The notes below the pieces were generated by a model. That model made no database searches. It saw only the letters and a list, made by a program, of their open reading frames with translations, and was not told the DNA's origin. Source: an archaeon (lineage in GTDB: Archaea; Iainarchaeota; Iainarchaeia; Iainarchaeales; JANQMZ01). From it: a stretch of DNA of 32,000 bases. The translations under genes were made by a program, and so were the position numbers. The stretch covers positions 780,001 to 812,000 of the forward strand of contig JANQMZ010000007.1 of the NCBI GenBank assembly GCA_028279805.1, read 5' to 3'. Each line of letters starts with the position of its first letter. Positions within the stretch are counted from its first letter, which is position 1. Positions 8,134 through 15,143 of this stretch are shown here, piece by piece.

Positions 8134-8532
8134 ATGAAAATAATTAAAATAAAAACAACTAAAAAAAATGAACTGGTTGACATTACTTCAAAAGTTGAGG
8201 AAATTATTTCAAAATCAAGCCTGGGCAAAGGGTTTTGTATTTTATACTGCCCTCACACTACAGCAGGAATAATAATAAATGAAGGAGCAGATCCAAGCGT
8301 AAAAGAAGATATTTTAAACAAATTATCAGAATTGGTGCCTGAATCACCTGATTATAAGCATGCTGAAGGCAATTCAGATTCGCATATTAAGTCTTCACTG
8401 GTTGGGATAAGCAAAATTATTCCCTTTGAATCCGGAAAATTGTCACTTGGCACATGGCAGAGCATCTTTTTTGCAGAATTTGACGGTCCCCGTAACAGAA
8501 CTCTTGAAACAGGCTTAATTAAGCAAATTTAA
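8134..8532 (+). CDS. YjbQ/UPF0047 family protein (secondary thiamine-phosphate synthase-like)
   Basis: 'LYCPHTTAGIIINEGADPSVKEDI...HAEGNSDSHIKSSLVG...LGTWQSIFFAEFDGPR' matches the YjbQ family pattern. I prefer the ATG at 8134 to the TTG at 8113, which would overlap suhB. Confidence 0.8.
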   Translation: MKIIKIKTTKKNELVDITSKVEEIISKSSLGKGFCILYCPHTTAGIIINEGADPSVKEDILNKLSELVPESPDYKHAEGNSDSHIKSSLVGISKIIPFESGKLSLGTWQSIFFAEFDGPRNRTLETGLIKQI

Positions 8533-8535
8533 TCC

Positions 8536-8557
8536 ATTTTTTATTGTACTAATTATT
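8536..8557 (+). repeat. 22-bp perfect direct repeat, copy 1 (ATTTTTTATTGTACTAATTATT)
   Basis: Identical to 8671-8692 by direct reading. Lies immediately after the yjbQ-like stop codon. Confidence 0.95.
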
Positions 8558-8577
8558 TGATTTTGTACCAAAAATGC

Positions 8578-8587
8578 TTTATAAATA
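8578..8587 (+). promoter_or_regulatory. TATA-like box TTTATAAATA between the two 22-bp repeats
   Basis: Strong match to the archaeal TTTAWA consensus. It predicts a TSS near 8609, upstream of the 8629-8663 hairpin. Confidence 0.3.
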
Positions 8588-8608
8588 AAAAACAGCATAT
8601 ATTTTCAT

Positions 8609-8680
8609 ATAGTGTTCATTATCCCCCTGAAAGGCTTTGTTTCACCTCATTCTAAGGCCTTTCCCTTTTTATTTTTTATT
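8609..8680 (+). ncRNA. Candidate small RNA or structured 5' leader (hairpin plus T-run)
   Basis: About 11-bp stem 8629-8639/8653-8663 (core GAAAGGC/GCCTTTC) with a 13-nt loop TTTCACCTCATTC. The run TTTTTATTTTTT (8666-8677) follows. Boundaries are inferred from the TATA box and the T-run only. Confidence 0.2.
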
Positions 8681-8692
8681 GTACTAATTATT
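8671..8692 (+). repeat. 22-bp perfect direct repeat, copy 2
   Basis: Identical to 8536-8557. It ends 16 nt before the GTG at 8708. Confidence 0.95.
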
Positions 8693-8707
8693 GTTCGGTG
8701 ATTGTCC

Positions 8708-9016
8708 GTGGTATCATATGTTTGGGATTTTTTAAGACCTTTTACAACAGTTGCGCATGAATTTGCTTTGCCTATAAAGTTTTTGATTTTATTGCTTTCA
8801 CTGGCATTGCTTTTTATTTCCTTTCTGGCTTACAGAAAAGCTAAAAGCCGGAAATTTTTGTTTATTGCTTTGGCTTTTGCTTTTTTTGCAATTAAATGGA
8901 CTCTTAAAATTGTTGACATTTTTTTAAGCCCCGGTCTTTTTTTAGCTGATGCTACTGAAAATATTTTTGAATTGTTGATTTTTGTTTCATTGTTTTTAGC
9001 ATTGTTTAAAAAATAG
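8708..9016 (+). CDS. Small integral membrane protein (about 3 TM helices), hypothetical
   Basis: Hydrophobic segments 'FLILLLSLALLFISFLAY', 'FLFIALAFAFFAIKW' and 'IFELLIFVSLFLALF'. There is no in-frame ATG. The GTG at 8708 has SD-like GGTGA (8697-8701) 6 nt upstream. The TTG at 8702 (ORF track) is an alternative. Confidence 0.6.
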   Translation: MVSYVWDFLRPFTTVAHEFALPIKFLILLLSLALLFISFLAYRKAKSRKFLFIALAFAFFAIKWTLKIVDIFLSPGLFLADATENIFELLIFVSLFLALFKK

Positions 9017-9026
9017 GTGCTTTTTT

Positions 9027-9560
9027 GTGTTTGATGACCGTGAAAAAGTGTTAAAGCTTGAAGTCAGAAAAAAAATAATGAAAGAAATAGCAAAAAGCCC
9101 GGGCATTCATTTTAGAGAGCTTCAACGCAGAACAAAGCTTGCTGTTGGTTCATTGCAGTATCATTTGGATGTTTTGCAAAAAGTTCATTTAATTAAAACG
9201 GTTAAAAAAGGAAAATTTGTCAGATTTTTTCCTGTAATAGGGGAACAAACAGAGGAAGAAAAAGAAACTTTGTCTTTTTTAAGAGATGATAGTGTTAGAA
9301 AAATTGTTTTGTTGTTATTGTCAAAAGAACAGGTGAACAATAAACAGATTTCTGATTTTTTGGCTTTAAGCCCTTCAACTGTTTCTTTTCATTTGCAAAA
9401 ACTTGAAGAAGGGGGTCTGATTGTAAAGCACAGGCAGGGAAGACAGACTTTTTTTTCCTTAATTGAACCTGAAAAAGCCAGAGAACTGTTAATTGGTTAT
9501 AAGAAAAGTTTTCTGGATGACATGGTTGACTCTTTTGTTGAGGTTTGGCAGGAAGTTTAA
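9027..9560 (+). CDS. Transcriptional regulator with two tandem winged-helix (ArsR-like) domains
   Basis: Two repeats of the wHTH pattern: 'GIHFRELQRRTKLAVGSLQYHLDVLQKVHLI' and 'NKQISDFLALSPSTVSFHLQKLEEGGLIVKHRQGRQTFF'. GTG start with AGGTG 7 nt upstream. Confidence 0.75.
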   Translation: MFDDREKVLKLEVRKKIMKEIAKSPGIHFRELQRRTKLAVGSLQYHLDVLQKVHLIKTVKKGKFVRFFPVIGEQTEEEKETLSFLRDDSVRKIVLLLLSKEQVNNKQISDFLALSPSTVSFHLQKLEEGGLIVKHRQGRQTFFSLIEPEKARELLIGYKKSFLDDMVDSFVEVWQEV

Positions 9561-9928
9561 AAGAAAATCAGTCCTGCAAAAAACCCGGCCACGCCGACAA
9601 GCACATCCATTATTTTATCCTGTAATTCTTCTTCAAAATGATGGTCTGATTTTTGTGCCAGTTGTACTTCAATAAATTCCCATGCAATTATTATAAACAG
9701 TGCCAAAAAAATTTGTTTTGTAAAAAAACTTAGGGCAAATCCTCCCAAAAAATGCGGAATATTGTCAAACCACCAGTATTTTTTATACCAGTGTTGTTTT
9801 TTTCCAACAAGCGACACTAACAGGAATAATAAAAATATTAATATTATTCCGATATTAACCTGAATAAAAGAAAGCACGGCAAAAGCTATTGCCAACTGAA
9901 CAATTATTCCCAAAGTGCTTCCAGTCAT
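9557..9928 (-). CDS. Hypothetical integral membrane protein
   Basis: 123-aa ORF with 3-4 hydrophobic helices. Its stop shares TTAA (9557-9560) with the convergent regulator gene. Confidence 0.55.
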   Translation of the reverse strand: MTGSTLGIIVQLAIAFAVLSFIQVNIGIILIFLLFLLVSLVGKKQHWYKKYWWFDNIPHFLGGFALSFFTKQIFLALFIIIAWEFIEVQLAQKSDHHFEEELQDKIMDVLVGVAGFFAGLIFF

Positions 9929-9962
9929 GTTAAAATTGGATTAAAATTGTTTAAAAAAAGAG

Positions 9963-10036
9963 TGGGGAGGGCAAGATTTGAACTTGCGACCTCTCGATTA
10001 TCAGTCGAGTGCTCCACCAAACTAAGCTACCCCCCC
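9963..10036 (-). tRNA. tRNA-Ile (anticodon GAU)
   Basis: Hand-folded on the minus strand. Acceptor GGGGGGG/CCTCCCC (one G-U pair). D stem GCTT/GAGC. Anticodon stem CTCGA/TCGAG with loop CTGATAA (GAT). T arm GCAAG-TTCAAAT-CTTGC. Discriminator A. No encoded CCA. Confidence 0.9.
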
Positions 10037-10087
10037 ATTCAACCATGGTTTATTATTTAGTCTAAAACAGGTTTTTAAAGCTTAATT

Positions 10088-10861
10088 TTATGTTCTTAAT
10101 TTGTATCCTTTTCTGAATAAATGTAAATTGATTGAAAATGAAGCAACTGAAAGCAACAGAATCATTATAATGCCGATTAAAATATTTCCTTCATTTAAGC
10201 CGATCATGCTGTACCTTATTCCGTTTACAATGTGAAAAAACGGATTCCACCATGTGATTGTTTGCAGAATGGGGGGCAAAAATTTTATTGAATGGAATAC
10301 TCCGCCTAAAAATGTCAAAGGTGTTATCAAAAAAATTGTAAAAATTTCCACATGCTCAAACTCTGATGCCCACAACCCGACTGTTAATCCAAGTGATGCA
10401 AAAACAAAACTTGTAAGTATTAAAAAAAACAATAACAATGGCAGGTTAAAAATTATAACAGGTTTAAACAAAAGAGAAGTTAAATAAATTAGTATTCCCA
10501 CAAGCAATCCTTTTATTACTCCTCCCAGAGTAAAACCTAAAACAATTTCTTTGTAAGACATTGGTGCTGTTAAAATATCTGAAACATGTCCCACAAATTT
10601 CATTAAAAATAATGAAAAAGCTGAATTTGAATAAGAACTTGTAATCATGTTCAAAGTAATCAAGCCCGGAATAAAAAACAAAATAAAATCAATTCCTTCA
10701 ATTTGCGGAATTCTCGGGCCTATAAAAAAACCAAAAATTATCATGAATAAAGCGGCATTCATTATTGGCGGTACAAATGTCTGAATTTTTATTCTCATAA
10801 ATCTTGCTATTTCTCTTTTTAACAATGTTTTAAACCCTGTCAAATTCTTCACGCACACCAC
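10088..10861 (-). CDS. ABC-2 type transporter permease
   Basis: 257 aa with about 6 TM helices. It lies immediately downstream of, and overlaps, an ABC ATPase gene. The N-terminal 'LLKREIARFMR' is typical of ABC-2 permeases. Confidence 0.75.
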   Translation of the reverse strand: MVCVKNLTGFKTLLKREIARFMRIKIQTFVPPIMNAALFMIIFGFFIGPRIPQIEGIDFILFFIPGLITLNMITSSYSNSAFSLFLMKFVGHVSDILTAPMSYKEIVLGFTLGGVIKGLLVGILIYLTSLLFKPVIIFNLPLLLFFLILTSFVFASLGLTVGLWASEFEHVEIFTIFLITPLTFLGGVFHSIKFLPPILQTITWWNPFFHIVNGIRYSMIGLNEGNILIGIIMILLLSVASFSINLHLFRKGYKLRT

Positions 10862-11774
10862 CCGTTATTTTCAAATAAATGTCTTCCAGTTGGTCTTTTA
10901 CAATTTCAACATGTTTTACTCCTATTTTTTGAGCATTTAAAGCGTTCAAAACTTTTGATAATTCTACATCTGCATTTTTGCAAACAACTTCAAGAACATT
11001 TCCATTTTTTTTAAGTTCACATTTTATTTGTTTTTTTAATTTGTCAGGAATTTTGTCAAGTTTTTGGTTTAAAGTTATTTCAATTTTTTGATTGCTCATG
11101 TTTTGTAAAAGATTTTCAGTTGAATCAACTTTTATCATTTCTCCTTTGTTAATGATTCCGATTGTATTGCAAAGTTTTTCAGCTTCTTCAATGTAATGAG
11201 TTGTTAACAAAATTGTTATTCCTTCATTGTTAATTTTTTTAAAATAATTCCATAGTCTCCGCCTTAATTCAACATCTGTGCCCTCAGTGGGCTCATCCAA
11301 AATAATTAAATCTGGTTCGTGAACTAATGCTTTTGCAATTGTTAAACGCCTTTTCATCCCGCCTGACAATTCTCTGAACCTTGCATTTTCTTTTTCTTTT
11401 AAATCAAAAGCTTTTAGTAATTCTTCTGCTCTGGTTTCAGCATCTTTTTTTCCAATGCCAAAATATCCTGCTTGAAATTCCAGTATTTTTCTGACATTTA
11501 AAAAAGGGTCAAATGCAATATCCTGTCTTGACAATCCGATTAATCCTCTTGTTTTTTGATAATCTTTTATGACATCATATCCAAAAACTTTTATTGAGCC
11601 TGAATCAAAATTATTCAAACCAACAATTGATCTGATTGTTGTTGTTTTTCCGGCACCGTTTGGCCCCAGATAACCAAAAAAATCTCCTTTTTCTATTTCC
11701 AGATTAATGTTTTTTAAAGCCTGCAAACCGTTGTAAGATTTGTTTAATCCTTTAATTGATAAAGCGTTAACCAT
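10830..11774 (-). CDS. ABC transporter ATP-binding protein
   Basis: Walker A 'GPNGAGKTT', Q-loop, signature 'LSGGMKRRL', Walker B 'LIILDEPTEGTD', H-loop 'TTHY'. Substrate is unknown. Confidence 0.9.
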   Translation of the reverse strand: MVNALSIKGLNKSYNGLQALKNINLEIEKGDFFGYLGPNGAGKTTTIRSIVGLNNFDSGSIKVFGYDVIKDYQKTRGLIGLSRQDIAFDPFLNVRKILEFQAGYFGIGKKDAETRAEELLKAFDLKEKENARFRELSGGMKRRLTIAKALVHEPDLIILDEPTEGTDVELRRRLWNYFKKINNEGITILLTTHYIEEAEKLCNTIGIINKGEMIKVDSTENLLQNMSNQKIEITLNQKLDKIPDKLKKQIKCELKKNGNVLEVVCKNADVELSKVLNALNAQKIGVKHVEIVKDQLEDIYLKITGGVREEFDRV

Positions 11775-11831
11775 TAGACAAAAAAGCCATAAAACACTTT
11801 AAAACCTTACCAGCGCATTTTTACTATGTTT

Positions 11832-11904
11832 AGCCCCGTAGTGTAGAGGCCAAGCATTCAGGGCTTTGAACCCTGCGACGGGAGTTCGAATCTCCCCGGG
11901 GCTA
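11832..11904 (+). tRNA. tRNA-Gln (anticodon UUG)
   Basis: Hand-folded. Acceptor AGCCCCG/CGGGGCT (A1-U72). Anticodon stem CAGGG/CCCTG with loop CTTTGAA (TTG). T arm GGGAG-TTCGAAT-CTCCC. Discriminator A. A TATA-like TTTAAAA lies at 11798-11804. Confidence 0.88.
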
Positions 11905-11937
11905 TATTTTTATTAATTTCAAAAGAGTTGTTTTTGC

Positions 11938-12171
11938 ATGGGAATCGGAGACAAAATCAGGAAATTTGTCACAGGGCAGACAAAAGAAGAAGAATTGCAG
12001 GAAAAAAAGCAAAAAGAAGAGCAAATTCAAAAATCAAAAACTGAGCCGCAAAGTGAGGAAGATGTTTGTGCTTTTTGCCAGCAGCCAAATCCTGATAAAA
12101 AATGGGCAGGACAGCTTTGGCATAAAAAGTGTTACAGAAAAATGAGAAACAAGGCAAAATCAATGCTTTAA
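11938..12171 (+). CDS. Small hypothetical protein with K/E-rich N-terminus and C2HC zinc-finger-like motif
   Basis: 77 aa. 'CAFCQQPNPDKKWAGQLWHKKC' gives CxxC...HxxC spacing. Its 3' end overlaps the convergent isomerase gene by 12 nt. Coding status is moderately uncertain. Confidence 0.45.
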   Translation: MGIGDKIRKFVTGQTKEEELQEKKQKEEQIQKSKTEPQSEEDVCAFCQQPNPDKKWAGQLWHKKCYRKMRNKAKSML

Positions 12172-13164
12172 TTTTTTTTTCAGAATTTCAATATTTTTAA
12201 CAGGGCTTGGATTAACTTTGTACAATAATGCCAGATAATAAGAACAATAATCTCCTAAAAGCGAGGCATAAAAAAGTTTTTCCATTAAAGTTTTTCCTTT
12301 GACTTTTATTTCAATCACTTTTGAATGTTTTTTTATAATATTTTTTGCAACATTGATTCTTTTTTTTATTTTAACACTTTCTTTTGCATCCCTGAAAAAA
12401 ACAAATACAAGTTTTCCTGAATTTTTATAACCAACAAGTTCATTATGTGTTAATTCGGGAAAAATGTTCCAGTGTGAAAAAGCTTTTGAGTTTTCAGCCA
12501 GTTGAGTGTGAAATCTTATTAAAACGGATTTGAACAAATATTGCCCGTAAATTATTGGTGTTTTGTTTTTGATTTGCAAAGCAAGATTTTTTCCTTGTTT
12601 TTCAAGTTCTTTGTTGTATTTGTTTAAAAATCTGTAAGTGTTTTCAAGTTCTTTGTTTTTTTTTGTCAAATTCAGTCTTTGCATTATCGCCATCATTGGC
12701 ACAAAACTGAATGCAAGCTGTGTTCTTGGAGGAAAACCGCCTGAAACTTTTAAAACATATTTTGATTTTTTTGCAAGCTTGCCGCCTGAAGTTATTGCTA
12801 TAATGCTTGCTTTTTTCTTTTTAGCCTGTTTAAAGCCTGAAATTGTTTCTTCTGTATTTCCGGAATAGCTTACCGCGAAAAACAAAGTGTTTTTTGTAAC
12901 TGTTGTCGGAATGCTGTAAGACTGGTTTACTTTTACCAGAATTTTGCTGTTCTTATGCATCAAATTTTTTATTATTTCTCCGCCGATGCCTGAACCGCCC
13001 ATTCCCTGAATGCAGACATGGTCAAATTTCTTTTTTTTAAAAGACTGGGGAATTGGCCATTTTTTTCCGAATTCGTAAGCTTCTTTGAATTGCGTCGGAA
13101 ACTGTTTTAATAATTTAATCATGTTTTGTTTGTCAACTTGTTTCATTAGTTTTTGAAAATTCAT
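12160..13164 (-). CDS. Bifunctional phosphoglucose/phosphomannose isomerase family protein (SIS domain)
   Basis: 'IQGMGGSGIGGEI' and 'VSYSGNTEETI' SIS motifs. The length of 334 aa is typical of archaeal PGI/PMI. Confidence 0.75.
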   Translation of the reverse strand: MNFQKLMKQVDKQNMIKLLKQFPTQFKEAYEFGKKWPIPQSFKKKKFDHVCIQGMGGSGIGGEIIKNLMHKNSKILVKVNQSYSIPTTVTKNTLFFAVSYSGNTEETISGFKQAKKKKASIIAITSGGKLAKKSKYVLKVSGGFPPRTQLAFSFVPMMAIMQRLNLTKKNKELENTYRFLNKYNKELEKQGKNLALQIKNKTPIIYGQYLFKSVLIRFHTQLAENSKAFSHWNIFPELTHNELVGYKNSGKLVFVFFRDAKESVKIKKRINVAKNIIKKHSKVIEIKVKGKTLMEKLFYASLLGDYCSYYLALLYKVNPSPVKNIEILKKKLKH

Positions 13165-13168
13165 TTAA

Positions 13169-15031
13169 TCACTTTTTTTCTAATTCTTTTTTTAACAATT
13201 CTGCAATTTGTTTCCCAGAAGCCTTGCCGCGCATTTCTTTCATAACATCACCCATTAAAGCTGATAATGCGTTCATTCCTTTTTCTTTTATTAAACCTGA
13301 ATTTTTTTGAACAACTTTTTTTACAATTGTTTCAATTTCTTCTGAGTTTTTTGCATCATGCCTGATAATGTTTTCCAGTTTTTGTTCAGGCTCTTTAATC
13401 CAGTTTTTCGCAATTTCTTCTGTTACATCTTTTGTTATTATTCCTTTTTTTTGTGCTTCAAATATTTGTTCAATTTTATTGTAATCCAATAACTGTGTTT
13501 CAATATTTTCTCTTTCCAGTTTTTTTAAGCTTTCTAGTACAAAAACCGCAATAGTTGTTGCATTGAATCCTTTTTTGAGCATTGATTCAAAAAAACAGGC
13601 GTGATTGCTTAATTTCATTTCATTTGCAAGTTTTTCACTTAAACCATGTTTTTTGTACAGTTTTTCCCTTTCTTCAACTGTTAAAGGCAAATCTTTTTTC
13701 AATTCCTGTAATTCTTTTTTTTCAATAATTTTATGCCTTAAATCTGTTTCCGGATACATTCTGGCTGCTCCGGGCAAAGGCCTTGAATAGCCTGAATTTC
13801 CCCCTTCCAATGCATTTCTTGTTTCATTTGGCACTCCTTTTAATCCCTGTTCGCATCTTTCAACAACAACATTTATTCCTTTCAATGCTTCTTTTTCAGG
13901 CCCTAAAATTAAAACAAATCCGTCTTTTTGCCCGCATTTTAATTCTTTTTTTAATTCTTCTAATTCTTTTTCACTGATTCCGTATTTTGGCAGTTCATCT
14001 GAATGAATCAATCCTTTTAGTTTTGTTTTTTGTTTAATGTAATCGGCTAATTCTGTTGCAAATCTTTTATCCGGCTGCAATTCTTTTCCGAGCAATCCTG
14101 AAAAATTTTCCAGTTTTAATCCTAAAACAATTCCTTTTTGTTTTAATGCTTTTTGAATTAATTTTGCATTTGTTTTTGTGAAATTTTTGGTTAAATTTTT
14201 TGAAATGTTTTCAATTTTTACAACGCCGCGTTTTTTTAATTCTTTTTTTATTTCAAGCAAACCAGTCTGCCTTTGTACCTCCCTTCTAACATATTCATCC
14301 ATTAACTCCAAATCCTGCACTCCTTTTAATTCAGTTCTTGCACCGTTTTTTATGCTGATATTTACATCCTGCCTTATGCTTCCCAAACCTCTTTTTGCTT
14401 TGCACGTCCTCCTGAACAATTGCCCAATTTTTAATGCACAATTTTTCACTTCTTCAGGCGTGTGCAAAACAGGTTCTGTTGCTAATTCTATTAAAGGAAT
14501 TCCCAGCCTGTCCAGATTGTAAACAATTTTGTTTGGAGTTGTTTCAATTGTTCTTGCGGAATCTTCTTCCAATACAATTGTCTGAATTCCTATTTTTTTT
14601 CCATCTGAATTTATTTCCCCGCCTAATGCAACCAAACCGGTTCTCTGAAACCCGGTTGTATTTGAACCGTCTATAACTGTTTTTCTCATTATAATTAATT
14701 CATCTAAAATTTTTGAATTGCACATTAATGCAATTTTTAAAATTGTTTTCAAAGCTTCTTTGTCAACAGGGCTCGGAGGCTCTTCATCCGCTTCAACCAA
14801 TCCTGCCGAATCATAATTTCCCAAATACTTGTATTCTAAATTTTTTTCAAAAGCTTCCAATGCAGCTTTATCCATTTCACCTGTTTCTGAAGCTGTCGGC
14901 CTTAATTTTCTGGTAAAAGAATAATGAGTTTTATCGCTTAAAATGCTGGGATACCTTGAAAACAGTTTCCCGGTTTCAAGCTGCTGATGGCATTCTAATC
15001 CTGCTTTTAAGCCCAATTCTTTGTAATTCAT
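13169..15031 (-). CDS. gatE: Glutamyl-tRNA(Gln) amidotransferase subunit E
   Basis: N-terminal 'GLKAGLECHQQLETGKLFS' and 620-aa length with a GatB/E core, an inserted domain and a C-terminal YqeY-like tail ('MGDVMKEMRGKASGKQIAELLKK'). gatD is not in this window. Confidence 0.88.
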   Translation of the reverse strand: MNYKELGLKAGLECHQQLETGKLFSRYPSILSDKTHYSFTRKLRPTASETGEMDKAALEAFEKNLEYKYLGNYDSAGLVEADEEPPSPVDKEALKTILKIALMCNSKILDELIIMRKTVIDGSNTTGFQRTGLVALGGEINSDGKKIGIQTIVLEEDSARTIETTPNKIVYNLDRLGIPLIELATEPVLHTPEEVKNCALKIGQLFRRTCKAKRGLGSIRQDVNISIKNGARTELKGVQDLELMDEYVRREVQRQTGLLEIKKELKKRGVVKIENISKNLTKNFTKTNAKLIQKALKQKGIVLGLKLENFSGLLGKELQPDKRFATELADYIKQKTKLKGLIHSDELPKYGISEKELEELKKELKCGQKDGFVLILGPEKEALKGINVVVERCEQGLKGVPNETRNALEGGNSGYSRPLPGAARMYPETDLRHKIIEKKELQELKKDLPLTVEEREKLYKKHGLSEKLANEMKLSNHACFFESMLKKGFNATTIAVFVLESLKKLERENIETQLLDYNKIEQIFEAQKKGIITKDVTEEIAKNWIKEPEQKLENIIRHDAKNSEEIETIVKKVVQKNSGLIKEKGMNALSALMGDVMKEMRGKASGKQIAELLKKELEKK

Positions 15032-15143
15032 GTTTTCTCTTTTAAAGTAATCCTCAATCTTTTTAATAAAATGTCTTTCCCGGGCTATTGTTTTAAAATT
15101 TGTTCAGAATACTAATGTTTTTGCTGAGAGGAGTTGGTTGGGT

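Noticed and set aside
9493-9675. 60-aa plus-strand ORF spanning the regulator/membrane-protein junction.
   Set aside because: It overlaps two better-supported genes in other frames and strands, and it has no start signal.
13605-14916. Multiple 60-114-aa plus-strand ORFs inside gatE. Similar short antisense ORFs lie inside glyS, aspS, asnS, suhB, the GGR gene and the coiled-coil gene.
   Set aside because: They are typical AT-rich-genome shadow ORFs opposite well-supported conserved genes.
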